A DNA stretch of 64,000 bases, taken from assembly GCF_036971445.1 (NCBI RefSeq), contig NC_091475.1, positions 157,418,001 to 157,482,000 of the forward strand, read 5' to 3'. Source of the DNA: Narcine bancroftii (Eukaryota). Each line of letters starts with the position of its first letter. Within the stretch, counting starts at the first letter, position 1. The position numbers were made by a program, and so were the translations under genes. Positions 9,695 to 23,895 of this stretch are shown here, piece after piece. Under the pieces are notes generated by a model. It did no database searches, was not told the origin of the DNA, and saw only the letters and a program-made list of their open reading frames with translations.

Positions 9695-11898
9695 AGTTGT
9701 TACGAGAGTGGCGAACACATTGGACCTTGAGTACACGAACATATTCTGACGCATATTGGGTGGAGCCCTGTCCCTACCTCGAATACTCAGACCACATCTC
9801 TGTAATGTTAATCCCTGCATACAGACTGCTCATGAGATGCTACAGACCAGTCCTGAAGCAGGTTAAAAGCTGGTCAGTGGGGACCATTCACGCACTTCAA
9901 GACTGTTTTGAGCTAACCAACTGGCACGTGTTCAAGGAAGCAGCAACCACTGGTGAATGTATAAACCTGGAGGAGTATATGGCAACAGTGATCAGCTAGG
10001 TTAGTAAGTGTAGTGACAACATCACTGTGCCCAAGTCCATCTCTACTCTCTCTCATCAGAAGCCATGGATGATGGAGGTCTGGGTGCTGCTCAGGAAATG
10101 AGATATGGCCTTCAGAGTGGGGGACAAGGCAGCCATAATGATGGCAAGAGCCAAGCTATCTAAGGCCATCAGAGGGGCAAAGCATGTGCAGGCCCAATGC
10201 ATTCACTGTTAATTCCTGGACAGCAAGGATGCATGTGGAGGGGGATCCAGGACTTCACTAATCATATGACCACACCATTTGCAGGTGCTGGTAATGCCTT
10301 CCTCCCAGATGAACTCAATGATTTCTACACGTGGTTTGAGGCACAAAACGATGTGGTGGCAAAGAAGACTACCCCTCCTCCAAGTGATCAGGTGCTGTGT
10401 CTTACAGTGGGCAATGTTAAGAGAGAACTAGACAAGGTCAACCTACAGAAAGTTGCTGTCCCGCATAACCTTCCCGGCAGAGAGCTCAGGGATTGTGCGG
10501 CTCAGCTAGCAGATGTTCTCACTGACATTTTTAATATCTCTCTGAGAAACACAGTGGTCCCAATGTGCTTCAAAGCCACCATCATTGTATCTGTGCTAAA
10601 GAAGTCATATGTGTTTACCGTCTTGCCACATTCATATCCATCATCATGAAATGCTTCGAGAGGCTCATCATGGGCCACATCAAGCATCTGCTCACTGGAC
10701 CCCCTGCAGTTTGCATATTGAGCCAACAGCTCCATGGACAATGTTATCGCCACCGCCCTTCATCTAGTCCTCACCCACCTTAGGAAAACAAAGACTTGTA
10801 TGTTCGAATGCTGTTTACTGACTTCATTTTGGCATTCAACATAATCATACCTCTGTACCTGATAAGGAAGTTGACTCTGCTGGTTCAAAACACCTCCTTC
10901 TGCAATTGGATTCTCGACTTTCTGATGGGGAGACCACAGTCAGTCTGGATAGGAAATGGCACCTCCAAGACCATCAAACTGAGCACAGGGGGGCCCCTCA
11001 GGGCTGCGTGCTCAGCCCACAGCTGTTTACTCTGCTGACCTATGATTGTGCAGCCAAGCACAGCTCGAAGCACATCATCAAGTTCATTAATGACATGACA
11101 ATGGTGGGCCTTGTCAGTAAGAACGAAGAGGGAACATATAGAGACTAAGCACAGACACTAATGAACTGGTGCAGAGCAAACAACCTGTATAATGTTTTTT
11201 TTAAAAAAAAATAGATGATTGTTGACTTCAGGAGGTCCTGGGGAGATCATGGTCCCCTGACCATTGACGGCTATACCATTGAGGTTGTCAAGATTATCAA
11301 GTTCCTCAGAGTGCTCCTGGCAGAGAATCTCACCTGGTCCTTTAATGCCAACTCCATAGCCAAGAAAGCCCAGCAGCTTTTCTACTACCTGTGAAGGCTG
11401 GAGAAAGACCACCTCCCACTCTCCATCCTCACTACATTCTACAGAGCAACTGCATCACCACCTGATTTGGAAGTTGTACCACCTCAGACTGCAAGACACT
11501 GCAGAGGATAGTGAACCTCTTTTTAGCATGAAGGACATCTACTACTCTCGATGCAGGTGGAAAGCAATCAATATTGTGAAAGACTCCATACATCTCGCAT
11601 GTAAACTGTTTTCCTTTCTGCTACCTTGGTGTAAGATATCAAAGGACTCAGGGCCCTTATGTCCAGAGTGGGGAAACTACATTTTCCCCAAGCCATCAGG
11701 CTCCTGAACTCCCAGTATAGATATGAATAGTGTGCCATGGACTTTGTATTTACATCTTAATACTTTAATATTATAATGTGTTAACTGCTTTCCTAACTTG
11801 CATCTAATTCGTTTCTCCTTGGTTCTGGAGAAGCGGTATCTCATCCTATCACGTGAGCATGGTATGAACAATAAATAAAGTTGGCTTGACTTGACTTG
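9695..11898 (+). mobile_element. Rex1/Babar LINE, 5'-truncated, decayed
   Basis: ORF fragments [73 protein letters not shown]; tail aataaa..(cttga)n. Confidence 0.9.
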
Positions 11899-12169
11899 GT
11901 TCTCATGAGCTAGTCTCCAGCATCACATAGCCTGGTGTAAGTCCTTTGACCTCAAGGTGACTGTAATCCTCACAACCTTTCATTACACTAATACATCATG
12001 GAAACTGGATCCATGGTCCACCAAGCATGTGCCATCACAAACCCATTTACACTAATATTTTATTACTATCACTGTGCACACCTTTTGGTTGTGTGCTTAA
12101 AGTGCAGCATCCAAAGCAAATGCATGCGGTCACAAGAGATGTACAACTTCCTCTGTTCCAAGGAGAATG

Positions 12170-13350
12170 ACCCCAGAAACCTCACATAACTCAAGCTCCC
12201 ACCATTTAAATCACTTTTGTAATGTTATCTACATTCTTCTCAAAATCTTGACATTTTAAAAAGTGTAATGCCAAGAACCGAAAACCGTACTTAAATTAGG
12301 ACGGAACCAGCGTTTTACAAAAGTTCATCAAGATTTTCTTCCTCCATTACTCTGTCACTAAATAATCCAGGATCCCACCGGTTTTCATTCAAACCACTCT
12401 CTTACCTGCTCTTCGATTTTTCCATGATATCCAAGTCTCTCAGTTCTTGTGCATCTTGGAATTAAGTGCTCTGGTTAGTATTGTCTTTTCTCCATTCTTC
12501 CTACAATTCTTAGCACTGTTTATGTGTCACTGTCCACACTTTTTGAAGTCATTTAATATTCCTACAGTTCACTGCACCTCAGCATTTTATATAGCCTGTA
12601 AATTTGGAAATCACATTCTATAGACCCAAGTCCAAACAAATCATTTAAGATATAGTAAGGACAGTGGGTACTAGTACTAACCCCTGTGGAACTTCTGTGC
12701 ACATTTCTCTGCAGTCAGGAAAACAATCTTCCATTGCTTCTCTTTCCTGTTAATTTGACAGAAGATTTCCATAATGCTACAGGCCCTTTCATTTCATAAC
12801 CTTCATTCTTGACTACATGTTTGTTATGTAGTATGTTACCAAATGAATTTTAGAAGTCCATACCTCATTAACTCTTGTCATTGCTTCAATCTAGTTAGAT
12901 GTGACACGTTTAACAATTCCCACTGGCTTTCTATAACTAAGCCATATTTGTCATTTTTATAAGATTTTCCCAAACACCAAGGTTACACTGACTGATCTAC
13001 AGTTGCTAGATTTATCCCTGATATTTTTTTCTTTGAATAAATGTGTAACATTTACAGTTTTCCAGTGTTCAGGTGTCACTTCTAAATCTATAGATGTTTG
13101 GAAAATTATGTTGCAACTCGCAATTTCCCCATAAGTTAGGATAAATCCATGTGGGCCTTGAAATTTATTCACTTTAATTATAGCTAGTCTCTCTAATACC
13201 ATTACTTCTTGTGTACTGCATTCAAGAATGTTTTCCCTTGCTGAGACACCAGAAAGAGGCAAAAAACTAATTTATCATATTAGCCACTCACTCCACCTGC
13301 ATGAGTAAATGGCCCTTTTGATTTCTGATCAGTCCCACTTTTCCTCCAAT
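12170..13350 (-). mobile_element. CR1-type LINE, old decayed RT region
   Basis: Minus ORF 12957..13262: KVNKFQGPHG..PEHWKTVNVTHLFK..SNCRSVSVTLVFGKIL; boundaries approximate. Confidence 0.7.
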
Positions 13351-13627
13351 AATCCTTTCTCCTGAATGAGTTGAAACCATTCCCAGGGTGTTGGTTGTCT
13401 GATTGTCTTGGTCAAATGCTTCACATTATGCTCAGTATTGGGCCTCAGGTTTAAACTTAGTCCAATATGATAACCTTAAGATTTAGTCCACTGCTGTATG
13501 ATCTTATTTAGAGTGACTCACCCAAAGCTAAGCCTCTTTGGAGTTCAACAACTTAATTAAATTGGACAGATGGAACAATTAAATTGAAATTAAATTAGAA
13601 CTGTTGTTACCCCCTTCCGAGGAACAG

Positions 13628-14293
13628 TGTTATGAGCCCAGAGGACCCATAAACCCAGCAACAATAGATATTCACCAAGACAAATGGTTACTTAAACAAA
13701 AGTTGGTTTTAATGATCTTTTAAACATGAAAATAGAATCAAATTTTAACTTATCATTATTGACTTACTTAACCTAACTTAAACCCCTTCTAATTCTAAGC
13801 ACATGTGTATGTGTGTAAGTTCAGAAAAGTTCTTTGGTTCACAGTCTAATCTTACTTCTCATTCCTCCAAGTTCACTGGTTGCAGGAAGTTCTTATACTG
13901 TGTACAGAATTTAACATTTATAAAGTTCACCAGGCTTTGGTGCTTGAAAGGTAAATGGTTACTGCTCAGGAAAGTTCTTGTCGGTTTTCAGAGAGATATT
14001 GTTGTACGATGGACACCCACAACTGATGTACTTCCATCAGCCGCTTCAGTGTCTTGCTGACGAAACTTGCCCCCTCAGGGTTCTCCAGATGATAACCTCT
14101 TTCTTTCAGGTCACCACAGAGTTCCATTTTGTATCTCTTATTCCAAGTGAAACATTAGACAGCCAGTCCTCTCCTCTTGCATGGACCACAAGGGCTTTGA
14201 CCAGGCTGAAATAAGAACCTGTCTTCCAAATGGGGTTTTCCACAAGCTTGCCAGCTTGTGCTGTTGTTGGCTGTAACACTGTAGAAGTTCTTG

Positions 14294-14338
<45 letters not shown>

Positions 14339-14633
14339 CCCCCTTGCAAAACCACATGACCCTCTTAGAACAGCTCCAGACAATCTGTGGCTCCAATGAG
14401 ATCTTTCATCTCTTGCCTTTTTGTAAACAACAATCCATTAGTGAAGTCTCTTGAGCACTCTCCAAAGCTCTTACAAAGACTATAGGCCCTGACATGTCTA
14501 GCATGGGGAAAAGCTCCAATATTTTAAATATGATCTATTTTAAATATGATCTGTTTTAAAGTGTTTGTATATGACCTACTCTAACAAACCTTTCCCAGTT
14601 TATCTCCCAAAAACATATCTATATATTGTTACA
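13628..14633 (-). mobile_element. ~1-kb solo LTR
   Basis: TG...CA termini (tgttatg...tgttaca) flanked by 4-bp direct repeat acag; no coding domain; contains (TC)n; orientation tentative. Confidence 0.7.
14297..14333. repeat. (TC)n microsatellite
   Basis: Direct reading. Confidence 0.95.
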
Positions 14634-15089
14634 ACAGTCACTAGCCCTCCTTCCAAGGGACAGTCGCTAGCCTGCCACCAACCAACTCCAAAACAATAAA
14701 CTCAGAGACTTTTAGCAAAGTCAGTTTGTTTGTACTTCTTTCTTTACATTTCTTTCTTTTGTATGCTTATCTTTTCTGAGTACAGTTTTTTTGTACTACC
14801 GATACATAGAAATTCTGCCTGGCTCATAGAGGATTTTTTAAAAAACTCAGGGTAATATGTAATGTCATTTATGTCCTCTGACAATAAATCTGAACTTTGA
14901 AACATTCAGCAAATATCCTAATATCTGAGCTGTTGATTTGGGGAAAATCATTGATAAATATGTAGCCTTGCATGCATCTTGAGATGACCATTTTCTTTTT
15001 TGGTACGTATTGTTGCAAGCCTCTTTTTAGTTAGTGAGTTACTTTGGGTGTTGGAACAGGGTGCAAAAACACTCATAGACTTCATAACA

Positions 15090-16010
15090 ACATTTTTATA
15101 GAAGCAGAGGCACCCAAGTCCAAGCCATATACAGAGTTAATGGTCTCAGTTTAAAAACCAGAACAATGGATCATTTTCTTAAGAACGGAAATCTGGTGAA
15201 AGAATTCATTTGATGTATGAGTCATGTTTTTGTGATATTGAAGCAGAAACTGAAGGCAGTTTTGATCAAGCAACTCATGTGATTGAGACACTTGAAGAAG
15301 CAAGATTGATAATAAGTAACCAGAGAGATCTGCAAGAGTCAGGAAGAGAAGTAACTTTGTGTGAGATGGATACTTCTCTGGTTTCTCCTTGATTGGGGAA
15401 ACAGTGATCTGCTGTGACTATTGTAATGGTCATTTTTGATTGACCCATAGCTGGGTAAAGGAAGCAAGATCATTCTTGCATTTGGATCATGACCATTTCA
15501 TCTGATCCTTGCCTGGGTTTTTGAAAGAATCCTGGAAGTGACACATTTTGTTTTCCCCCTACGCAAGGAAGAGAGGAATTGTGAAAATCATTCGTATGAA
15601 AGAACATTTCTCTGGAAACAACTCAACAAGGATTTGTGAGTTTGAGCAGTTTGATCACTCTGTGTTTTATATACTTCATAAGTACTTCTAAACATTAGTT
15701 TAAAGGTTTTGAGTTTCAACACAGGATTTTTACAACTTAGTTTTGAGAATTGACTTCCCATAATTGTGCCTGAGTTGTAATGGTTTGGATAAAACACACA
15801 TGGACACATAGACAGACACATATAGACATGCGTGAGTGTACACAGACACACACAGACAGATGTGCGCACACACACAAGCACGCTCACATAGACTGACACA
15901 CACACATAGAGCTTTAAATTAAGTTGTTATATTATTAATAGTTATTAATAAGTGTATTTAAAAAATAGTCTTGGTGAATTTCTATTGTTACTGGTCTATG
16001 ATGTGACTGT
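15090..16010 (+). mobile_element. Related LTR-like element, opposite orientation to 13628-14633
   Basis: tcttggtgaatttctattgttactgg (~15969) is the near reverse complement of ccagcaacaatagatattcaccaaga (~13657-13680); CA-rich tract at 15793-15908; boundaries uncertain. Confidence 0.45.
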
Positions 16011-16984
16011 ATCATTCATGTCATCAGAGAATTTTTCTGTGATTTCCATTAATTTAACCTCGCACTATATCAAATGGTGTCAAAATGTCATGTGTATTTG
16101 CTTTCATCTCAATGCTAGCATCCATCTAGTTCTATAGCAATGGGCAAAAGTCTGGTCTATAGCTGATCAATTCTATTGGAAGATGAATAACAGCAAAGGG
16201 GTGAAGGTTTGAAGAAAGTGAATGTGGTAGTTACTTGTCAGATTGGACTTGTTTTGCTTTTTATGTACAGGACATGCATTTGCAATTTCCTACATTGTTA
16301 GGTAGTTATTTATCCTAACTTCAGACCTAATTATATAATTCAGAATCATTGGTTGGATTTGATGATTTCTGGGTCATTAGTTCAGGCTTACAAATTGCTC
16401 ATCCACTTACATTAACATTCGGACTATATGATATACAGAGAAGTTCAGCTTAGTGGGCCATTGAACCCTTATGAATTTCTCCCCACAAAACATCTTGAGC
16501 ATTTTATGAATAATGTAATTTTATTGTATTTTATTCATTTTTTAATTGTATTTTCTGATCCTTGCTAACAGGTTATGTATTTTCATAAAGCTTTCTGTAC
16601 ATATACAGTGTGACATTTTATTTCCACAAATTAGCCTCTGTTCCAGTATTACAAAATAATTTATATTGCATTTTAGATGCTGCTTATGGATTATGGATCC
16701 TTTCTATCGAGACAGTTCATCCAATAGTATTTGCTTTTGCTTGGTCATGTTAGGATGTTGCCTTCCTCATGAATATTTAGTATGTTCCGATTGCACCATT
16801 ACTGAGATTATTAGCATTGGAAGAATGTTTCTTTCAAGCAGTGGTCTAAGAGTCAACAATGACATTCTCCTGATGATATGCACACCAGAGCTGAGATTTC
16901 AGTATTAATATTTGTTAAGTGCATTGCAACACACTTTAAAAAATGCATTATTTTAATTTTTATTGAAAGTTTATTTGATCTTTC

Positions 16985-17578
16985 TTCTTAAAATATTTTT
17001 ATTGATGTTTATATTATACATTATAAATACTTAAACAGTACAGTTATATATTGTGCTATATGATTCAAAAGAAAAAAAATAAATTATTACAAAAAAAGCT
17101 TTCCATCATTAAAAAAAAATCCAGAGCACAATTGTATTGAAGCATAGAATTAACCATGCAAAAAACCCAAAAGAGGAAAAAAAATCAAAACTCCCAACCT
17201 CTAAGCAAGGTTAAAAGTTAAACATGTAGGAATCAAGTGACAACTACTTTGAAATGGACAACACAGCACCAAAGTTTCAGAACAACCCAAATTCTTAAGA
17301 TTATGATAACAGATCGTAAAAGGGCCCCATGTCTTTTGGAAGTTAATATTGGAATCTTTGATATCATATCTAAATTTTTCTAAACTTAAACAAGACATAA
17401 TATCACTTGTCCATTGTGTACGTGTAGGTGGAGTATCATCTTTCCAGTTGATCAAAATTGTACGTCTGGCTAGCAATGAAGCAAAATATAAAATTCAGGT
17501 TTTAGCTGGAATCAGTAAAACATCATCATCTTGAAATGATCCAAATAGAACAATTAAAGGGCAAGGTTCTAATTTAAA
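16985..17578 (-). mobile_element. L1/Tx1-type LINE 3' end
   Basis: Minus ORF 17201..17476 LARRTILINWKDDTPPTRTQW..LSLEKFRY..FQKTWGPF, like fish L1 ORF2 C-terminus; AATAAA on minus near 17000. Confidence 0.8.
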
Positions 17579-20500
17579 TGTTTCTTCTAAAAAAGAAACT
17601 TGTTTTTTTTTTGTATCACTAATATTTTATTATCAACTTATGACCTCATGGGACACACCCATTTTGTGCATCTAACCCAAGGTGGGACCTTCCATCTCTG
17701 ATGCCCTCTAGTGGTTCAGGAGGATCACCAACTTCCAATCACCACATCCTCTTTCCTTAAGATGTTCAAACTAGCAACATTATACAGTAATACAGTATTC
17801 ATTTCAATAGAAATCAACAGCACAATTTTTTTTTAAGTGTGGAGTTCTTTTTCTTTTAGAGATTCAACCTATCACGTGCTTTGATAACACCTGTGGATCT
17901 TCTCAACACAAGTGCAGATTTCAGCTCCACTGGTCCACTTCTGTTTAGCACTGGTGGTGTTTCCTCTGTTGCTGTGCAGGCTGAATTTTATGCATTTGTC
18001 TGTTCTTGCAGCATCATTTGTGCTTTCAGCAGACTATTTTGATTTGTCCTCCATATTTGCCCATTTTTCACCCTGACCATGTAGGATCTTGGATTTACTT
18101 CCTCCAGAATAGTGGCCATTTTGTCCCAGGTGTTGGAATCTCTGAGTCTCACTGTGTCGCATTGTACCAGTGGTCCTAAGCTTCTTGCTGACTTGTCATA
18201 GTTGGCTTTTTGTCTCCTTTGCAGATGCTTTTGACATCTCTCTTCTTGTTTGGGCCTGCAGAGTAGGGAAGAGTGGTGCATAGTCGACGTACCAGCAGGA
18301 GCTCGGTGGGTGACGTGCCATGTTCAAGTGATGAAGCTCAGCAACTCAACAGAGCTAGATAAGGATCTGAGTCACTGACTTGTGCTTTCATGAGCAGGTG
18401 TTTAACTATGTGAACTTCTTTCTCTGGTTTACTGTTTGATTGGGGATGCAGAGGACTTGAAGTCGCATGCAAAAAATAGTACTCTTTTGCAAAGTTCTGG
18501 AATTTTCTACAACTGTAGCATGGTCCATTGTCACTGTAGATGTTTAGAGGAATTCCATGTCTTGCAAAGATCAACTTCATGTATCTGATCATGCAGGCAG
18601 CAGACATGTTGGGAAGCAGCACCATCTCAGGATAGTTCAATAAGGTTGTCAAAAGTCAGCAGGTAAAAATTCTTCCATCCAGGTGGAACAGATCAGTCCC
18701 AACTTTCTGGCATGGCTCCCTCCTCTGGTAAGTCAGATATAGTCATGGATTTCTTTGGCTGCTTTGTGTTATGTTTCAGACAGCCCTCACAGCTTGAGAC
18801 CATATAGCCCTGGCCAATAAACACCATTTCTTGTATTTTCCATTCCAAGGTTCTCATTTTCAGCATGTCTTATTGCAGTGATTGAGGAATAATAATTCTG
18901 CTCTGTCTTAGTAGAAGCCCATTGACAACACTCAGGTCAGCTCTGATGTTGTAGTATTGCTGACATTCACCTCTAGGCCAACCTTCATTCAAATTCTTGA
19001 TGACCTTCTGTAGAACTAGGTCCTTTTCTGTTTCAGCTGGAATCTGCTTGGATTTCATGTCAGATACAGGAAGAGATTCAGTGATCAGGTTCACATGGAG
19101 TTTCACATCTGTCTTTGTGGAACTCTTATTCTGTGCATCACTCAGTGTCATTGCCCTGGACAGTGCATCAGCCAGAACAATAAGTTTCCCTGGTGTGCAC
19201 ACCAATTCAAAGTCATAATGTTGTAGCTTCATCATCAGCCTTTGTATTCACGGTGTCATCTTACTGAGGTTTTTCTTGATTATGGCTATTCAAGGCTTGG
19301 GCTCTGTCTCTGCCATGAATGTTGGTAAAGCATACACATAGCTGTGGAATTTCTCGAGTCCATAGACCAGTCCTAGGCACTTTTTTTCTATCTGTGCATA
19401 TTGACATTCAGATGTGATCATTGTCCTCGATGTGTAGAAACTGGCGTCCAATCTTCTCCCAAAGCCTGAAGTAGGACGGCACCTATTCCATCTTTTGAAG
19501 CATGGGCCAAAGAATGGCAAAAGCACAGATTCTGTAGTTAGAATGGCCTTCAGTTATCCCAATTACTCCTCATGGTTGTCCACCTGAATTTACATTTGTT
19601 ATGCAACAGCTCCCTCAGGTACATTGTTTTGGAAGACAGGTTTGGTATGAATTTATCAATGAAATTGGTCATTGCCAACACTCTCAATATGTCCTTTTTG
19701 TTTGTGGGTCTGGGCATCTCTAGAATTGCTTTCACCTTGCTCTTGTCTGGCTCCATACCTGCCTCTGACAGTTTATATCCCAGAAAGCTGATTTCCTTCA
19801 CACCAAACTGACATTTTGCTCTGTTTAGCTTTAATCCATACTTCTGGAAGTGTTGTAGCACTTTAATGAGCCTTTCGTTATGTTGCTTCTGTGTGGATCA
19901 TGTCATCATGTACATGCATACCCCATTATGCCTTTTATAATGTGCTCCTTTGACCTGTGGAACACTTCAGGAGCTGAGGATATTCCAAAAGGCTTCCTTA
20001 AACAGGAGTATTGGCCAAACCGTGCATTTAATATACAGTATTCTGTGCTATTTTCATGCAGTTTTAATTGCTAGAAGCCCTAGGTGTATCCAAATTTGGT
20101 GAAGATCTCATTTGGCCATCTCACTTACAATTTCATCCTTTGTTGGAATCTGATAATGTTTCCTCTTCATATTGGCATTCAAGTCGTTTGGGTCCATGCA
20201 CACGTGTAGGCCACCGTTCTTCTTTTTGACACATACCATTGAATTCACCCACTTTGTGGGCTCCTCCACTTTCTTTATGACTCCTCGTGATGTCATTCGG
20301 TTGAGTTCCTGCTTGACCTTGTCTTTTAGTGACACTGGAACCTGTCTTGGGGCATGCACTACTGGCTGTGTCCTCCTTTAACTGTATATTATAGATGAAT
20401 GGTAGAACACTAAACCCCTTGAAGATGTCTGGAAATTGATCCAGTATATCCTCTACATTGTTCTGCACATTGGTTAATGTGGTGCACCCTCTTGACTAGG

Positions 20501-21894
20501 CCTAAGTTTTCACATGCTTTGTCACCAAGCAATGAATCTTGTCCATCTGGGACTACTACAAACATGAGGTGGTGCTTTTTACCTTTAAATTTCACCTAGA
20601 GTCCACATGTGCCTTTCAGGTCATTGTAGGCCTCGAGCTGAACAGAAATTTGATGGATAGGTGGATTTATCTTCATTGCCCTAATGATGCACTCACAGAT
20701 CAAATTGGACTTTTCCCCTGTGTCCAACTTGAAAGGAATATCTGATTCATTTGTATGCAATGGCACTGTCCATTTGTCATATTTGTTGGCTTGAAACCTT
20801 CCTGTGCTACCATGCCCACGAAAAATGTATCACTGAGGGCAGTTTTGTCTATAGTGTGCACACTTTCACTTCTGTTTGTTTCCTGTTAGAAAAACATTGC
20901 ATAGTGATTCTGTCCTTTGCACTTATTAGAAATTTTTCCATAGAATGGGCATTGTTTTGGTACATATTGAGTGCCACATTGTTTACAATTGAACATCTCT
21001 CCTTTTTGTTGTTTTCTATGTTTATTTGTTTATTTGTGTGTCCAAAGACTCTATGGCTGTCCCTTCATTTTCACCACCCATTGCACTCTCACCAAACTTT
21101 TTCATGTGCTACAGAGATAATTCACTGGCGTGGCATATCTTCACAGCTCCAGCTAAGGTAAATTGTGTCTATCGTAGCAATCTCTCACTTTCTTGTCAAT
21201 AATTCCAAACGCAATTTTATCATGGATCATCGAATCCTGCAGCAATCCAAAATTGCAACTCCTAAAGGACTCCATGTGTTTGCCTCTATTCCTTGCATGA
21301 ATTCATACACCTCTATGAGATTACCCCTTATCCTTATTTGCTTTAAATTTCAAGTCTGTTTTTTTTTAAAAAGCATCAAAGCTCTCTCCCTGCAGCTGTA
21401 TCCATGAGTGAAATGTATCTCTTGAATGTTTCTTTTTTTTAAAAGTGAGCAGTGTCCTTGTGCATCTTGATAACCTTGTCAAAATTTCCCTCATCATCTG
21501 TCTTGGCAAAAACAAACATAGTGAAAACCTTAGTCATGGTAAGTAGCAGTGCAATCTTCTGTGCATCCAGTTTGCTATAGAGTCCAATGGCTTGTAGATA
21601 GAGCATGAATCATTGTTTGAACAAACGTCACTTGTAGTCGACATTCCTAGTCCAACTCAGAGTGTCAGTCGACTTCACACTTTCCATGTCTCCTGCTGAT
21701 ACCCACTTATACCCCACTCCATGTGATTCCATGTGATGCTTATTCTATTGTGCTAAAGAAACTTGGGTTCTTTTGTATTACCTATATTTTATTGTCAACT
21801 CACAACCTTGTGGGACACACCCATTTTGTGATCTAAACTGAAGTGGGACCTTCTTTCTATAGTGGTCAGGATGATCACCAAATCCCAATCACCA
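17579..21894 (-). mobile_element. Decayed Ty3/Gypsy (possibly Mag-like) LTR retrotransposon with short LTRs
   Basis: LTRs ~17579-17746 and 21732-21894; TGG-starting PBS remnant next to 21731; PPT ttaaggaaagagga (17747-17760 minus); gag MESVK at 21687; RT PTKWVNSMVCVKKKNGGLHVCMDP; RNase H YAQIEKKCLGLVYGLEKFH; IN FARHGIP..YSDNGPCY..TSSPLHPQSN. Confidence 0.9.
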
Positions 21895-23298
21895 GTTTTC
21901 ATTCTCCACATTTTTGTGTTGATAATACAAGTGCCTTTTCACTTCGAGGTAAAAGGGATATCAAGTCCAGATGCAGAAGACTTCCCAAATATTCATTTGA
22001 GAAAGTGCTTAGTGTCAATGAGCAACAATGACATTTCTCACCTTGGTGAACAATAAAAAAAATAAACTGAAATCCAGTATTGAATTTTCTAGATGAAAGC
22101 CCAGATGTTGTGGTGGAACAGGAATGAATTATTAAAGAGAATTCTCTTCTATCTGTGACTACTTGCAATTAAGTCTTGAATTGCAATAGATCATTGCAAA
22201 TGGTGATTTTATCAGTTCATTCTATTTTGTGTGGTGGCATTTATAGATACTGTCAATTAAAATACCATTGAAGTCTAACCTTGATAAAAGTCAAGCCAGT
22301 TGAGTTGATCATAGCTCCATACTGCTAAGATTCTTCCTCAAGTAACCAGAAAAAAGTGAATAAGTGGTGTCTGTGGTATATAAAATAAAAGCTACTATTA
22401 CACTGGAATCCTGAAATGAGCCATTTTTTGCCAGCACAAGTTTAAAAAAAAAATCTGTAGGCATGACAAATTCGGGATTAATTTTCAAGTGGAGGAAGTA
22501 TTTCTTTGACATACTAGGCTTTTTAATGGATGCTCAATGCTGTAATATTAAACTTTAGCATGTAAATAAATAATTGAATTACTTCATTTAGCATTAACTA
22601 TTTATTTTGCAACAGGTTGAAAAAGATAGGCCGTAACTTTGTGCCATATTTAATCAAATCTGGAAACAGAAAGATAAAGAAAATAAAACTATAGGCTTGT
22701 TTAAATAATTAAGTGAATGAAATGTGCAACCTTAATTAAGGTTTTTGAGAGTCTTAGTACTGTACTCTAGGGTAATGGATATGCACAGACCTATCATATA
22801 TATAAGACATTGTTCTGAAGGAGATCAGACATGACTAATTAAAAAGGCAGCTATTATCCACCTAAGGTTTGTGGCTTTATTGTCTCTCCATCTTTTAACA
22901 ATGCCATCAATCATAATTTTACTAGTCTTTTTCAACCTACAGGTAATGTCCTTGAATCCGTGAAAGGTGTATCTCAAAATAAAAATTTGTAGTTCCAATG
23001 TACTTCATTAGCAATAAAGAAGAGAATATTATTAAAGCATTTCCATTATAGGGTTGATATACTCAAACCACTGGGGCAATTTTAATGAGGAACAGATGTA
23101 TCTTTTTCATAAGACTACAGTAATGATTGTCTGAAAAAGACAGAAATGAAAGATTTTTCATTATCATTTCAGCTTTAATAAAGTGACAATGTTATAAGTT
23201 CCAAATTGAAGCAAGATGAACACTTTGCAAACCATTGTTGAATGTTCATTTAACTTCCCATTTTGTACAGATTTTGGATAGCATTATCTATACTTGTA

Positions 23299-23895
23299 TT
23301 CTTCTTTCTTTGGCTTGGCTTCGCGGACGAAGATTTATGGAGGGGGTAAGAGTCCACGTCAGCTGCAGGCTCGTTTGTGGCTGACAAGTCCGATGCGGGA
23401 CAGGCAGACATGGTTGCAGTGGCTGCAGGGGAAAAATGGTTGGTTGGGGTTGGGTGTTGGGTTTTTCCTCCTTTGCCTTTTGTCAGTGAGGTGGGCTCTG
23501 CGGTCTTCTTCAAAGGAGGTTGCTGCCCGCCAAACTGTGAGGCGCCAAGATGCACGGTTTGAGGCGATATCAGCCCACTGGCGGTGGTCAATGTGGCAGG
23601 CACCAAGAGATTTCTTTAGGCAGTCCTTGTACCTTTTTTTTGGTGCACTCTGTCACGGTGGCCAGTGGAGAGCTCGCCATATAACACGATCTTGGGAAGG
23701 CGATGGTCCTCCATTCTGGAGACGTGACCCACCCAGCGCAGCTGGATCTTCAGCAGCGTGGACTCGATGCTGTCGACCTCTGCCATCTCGAGTACTTCGA
23801 CGTTAGGGATGAAAGCGCTCCAATGGATGTTTTGGATGGAGCGGAGACAACGCTGGTGGAAGCGTTCTAGGAGCCGTAGGTGATGCCGGTAGAGG
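23299..23895 (-). mobile_element. RTE LINE, 5'-truncated
   Basis: Near-identical to 36891-37589 and 43560-44160. Confidence 0.9.

Noticed and set aside
14106-14454. ORFs with ERERER / SLSLSL runs, also 37682-38057 with HTHT / VCVC
   Set aside because: Translations of (TC)n and (GT)n microsatellites.
23294-23806. Recurrent antisense ORFs over RTE copies (also 36880, 40265, 43648)
   Set aside because: They recur only because the copies are near-identical; shadow frames of the RT ORF.
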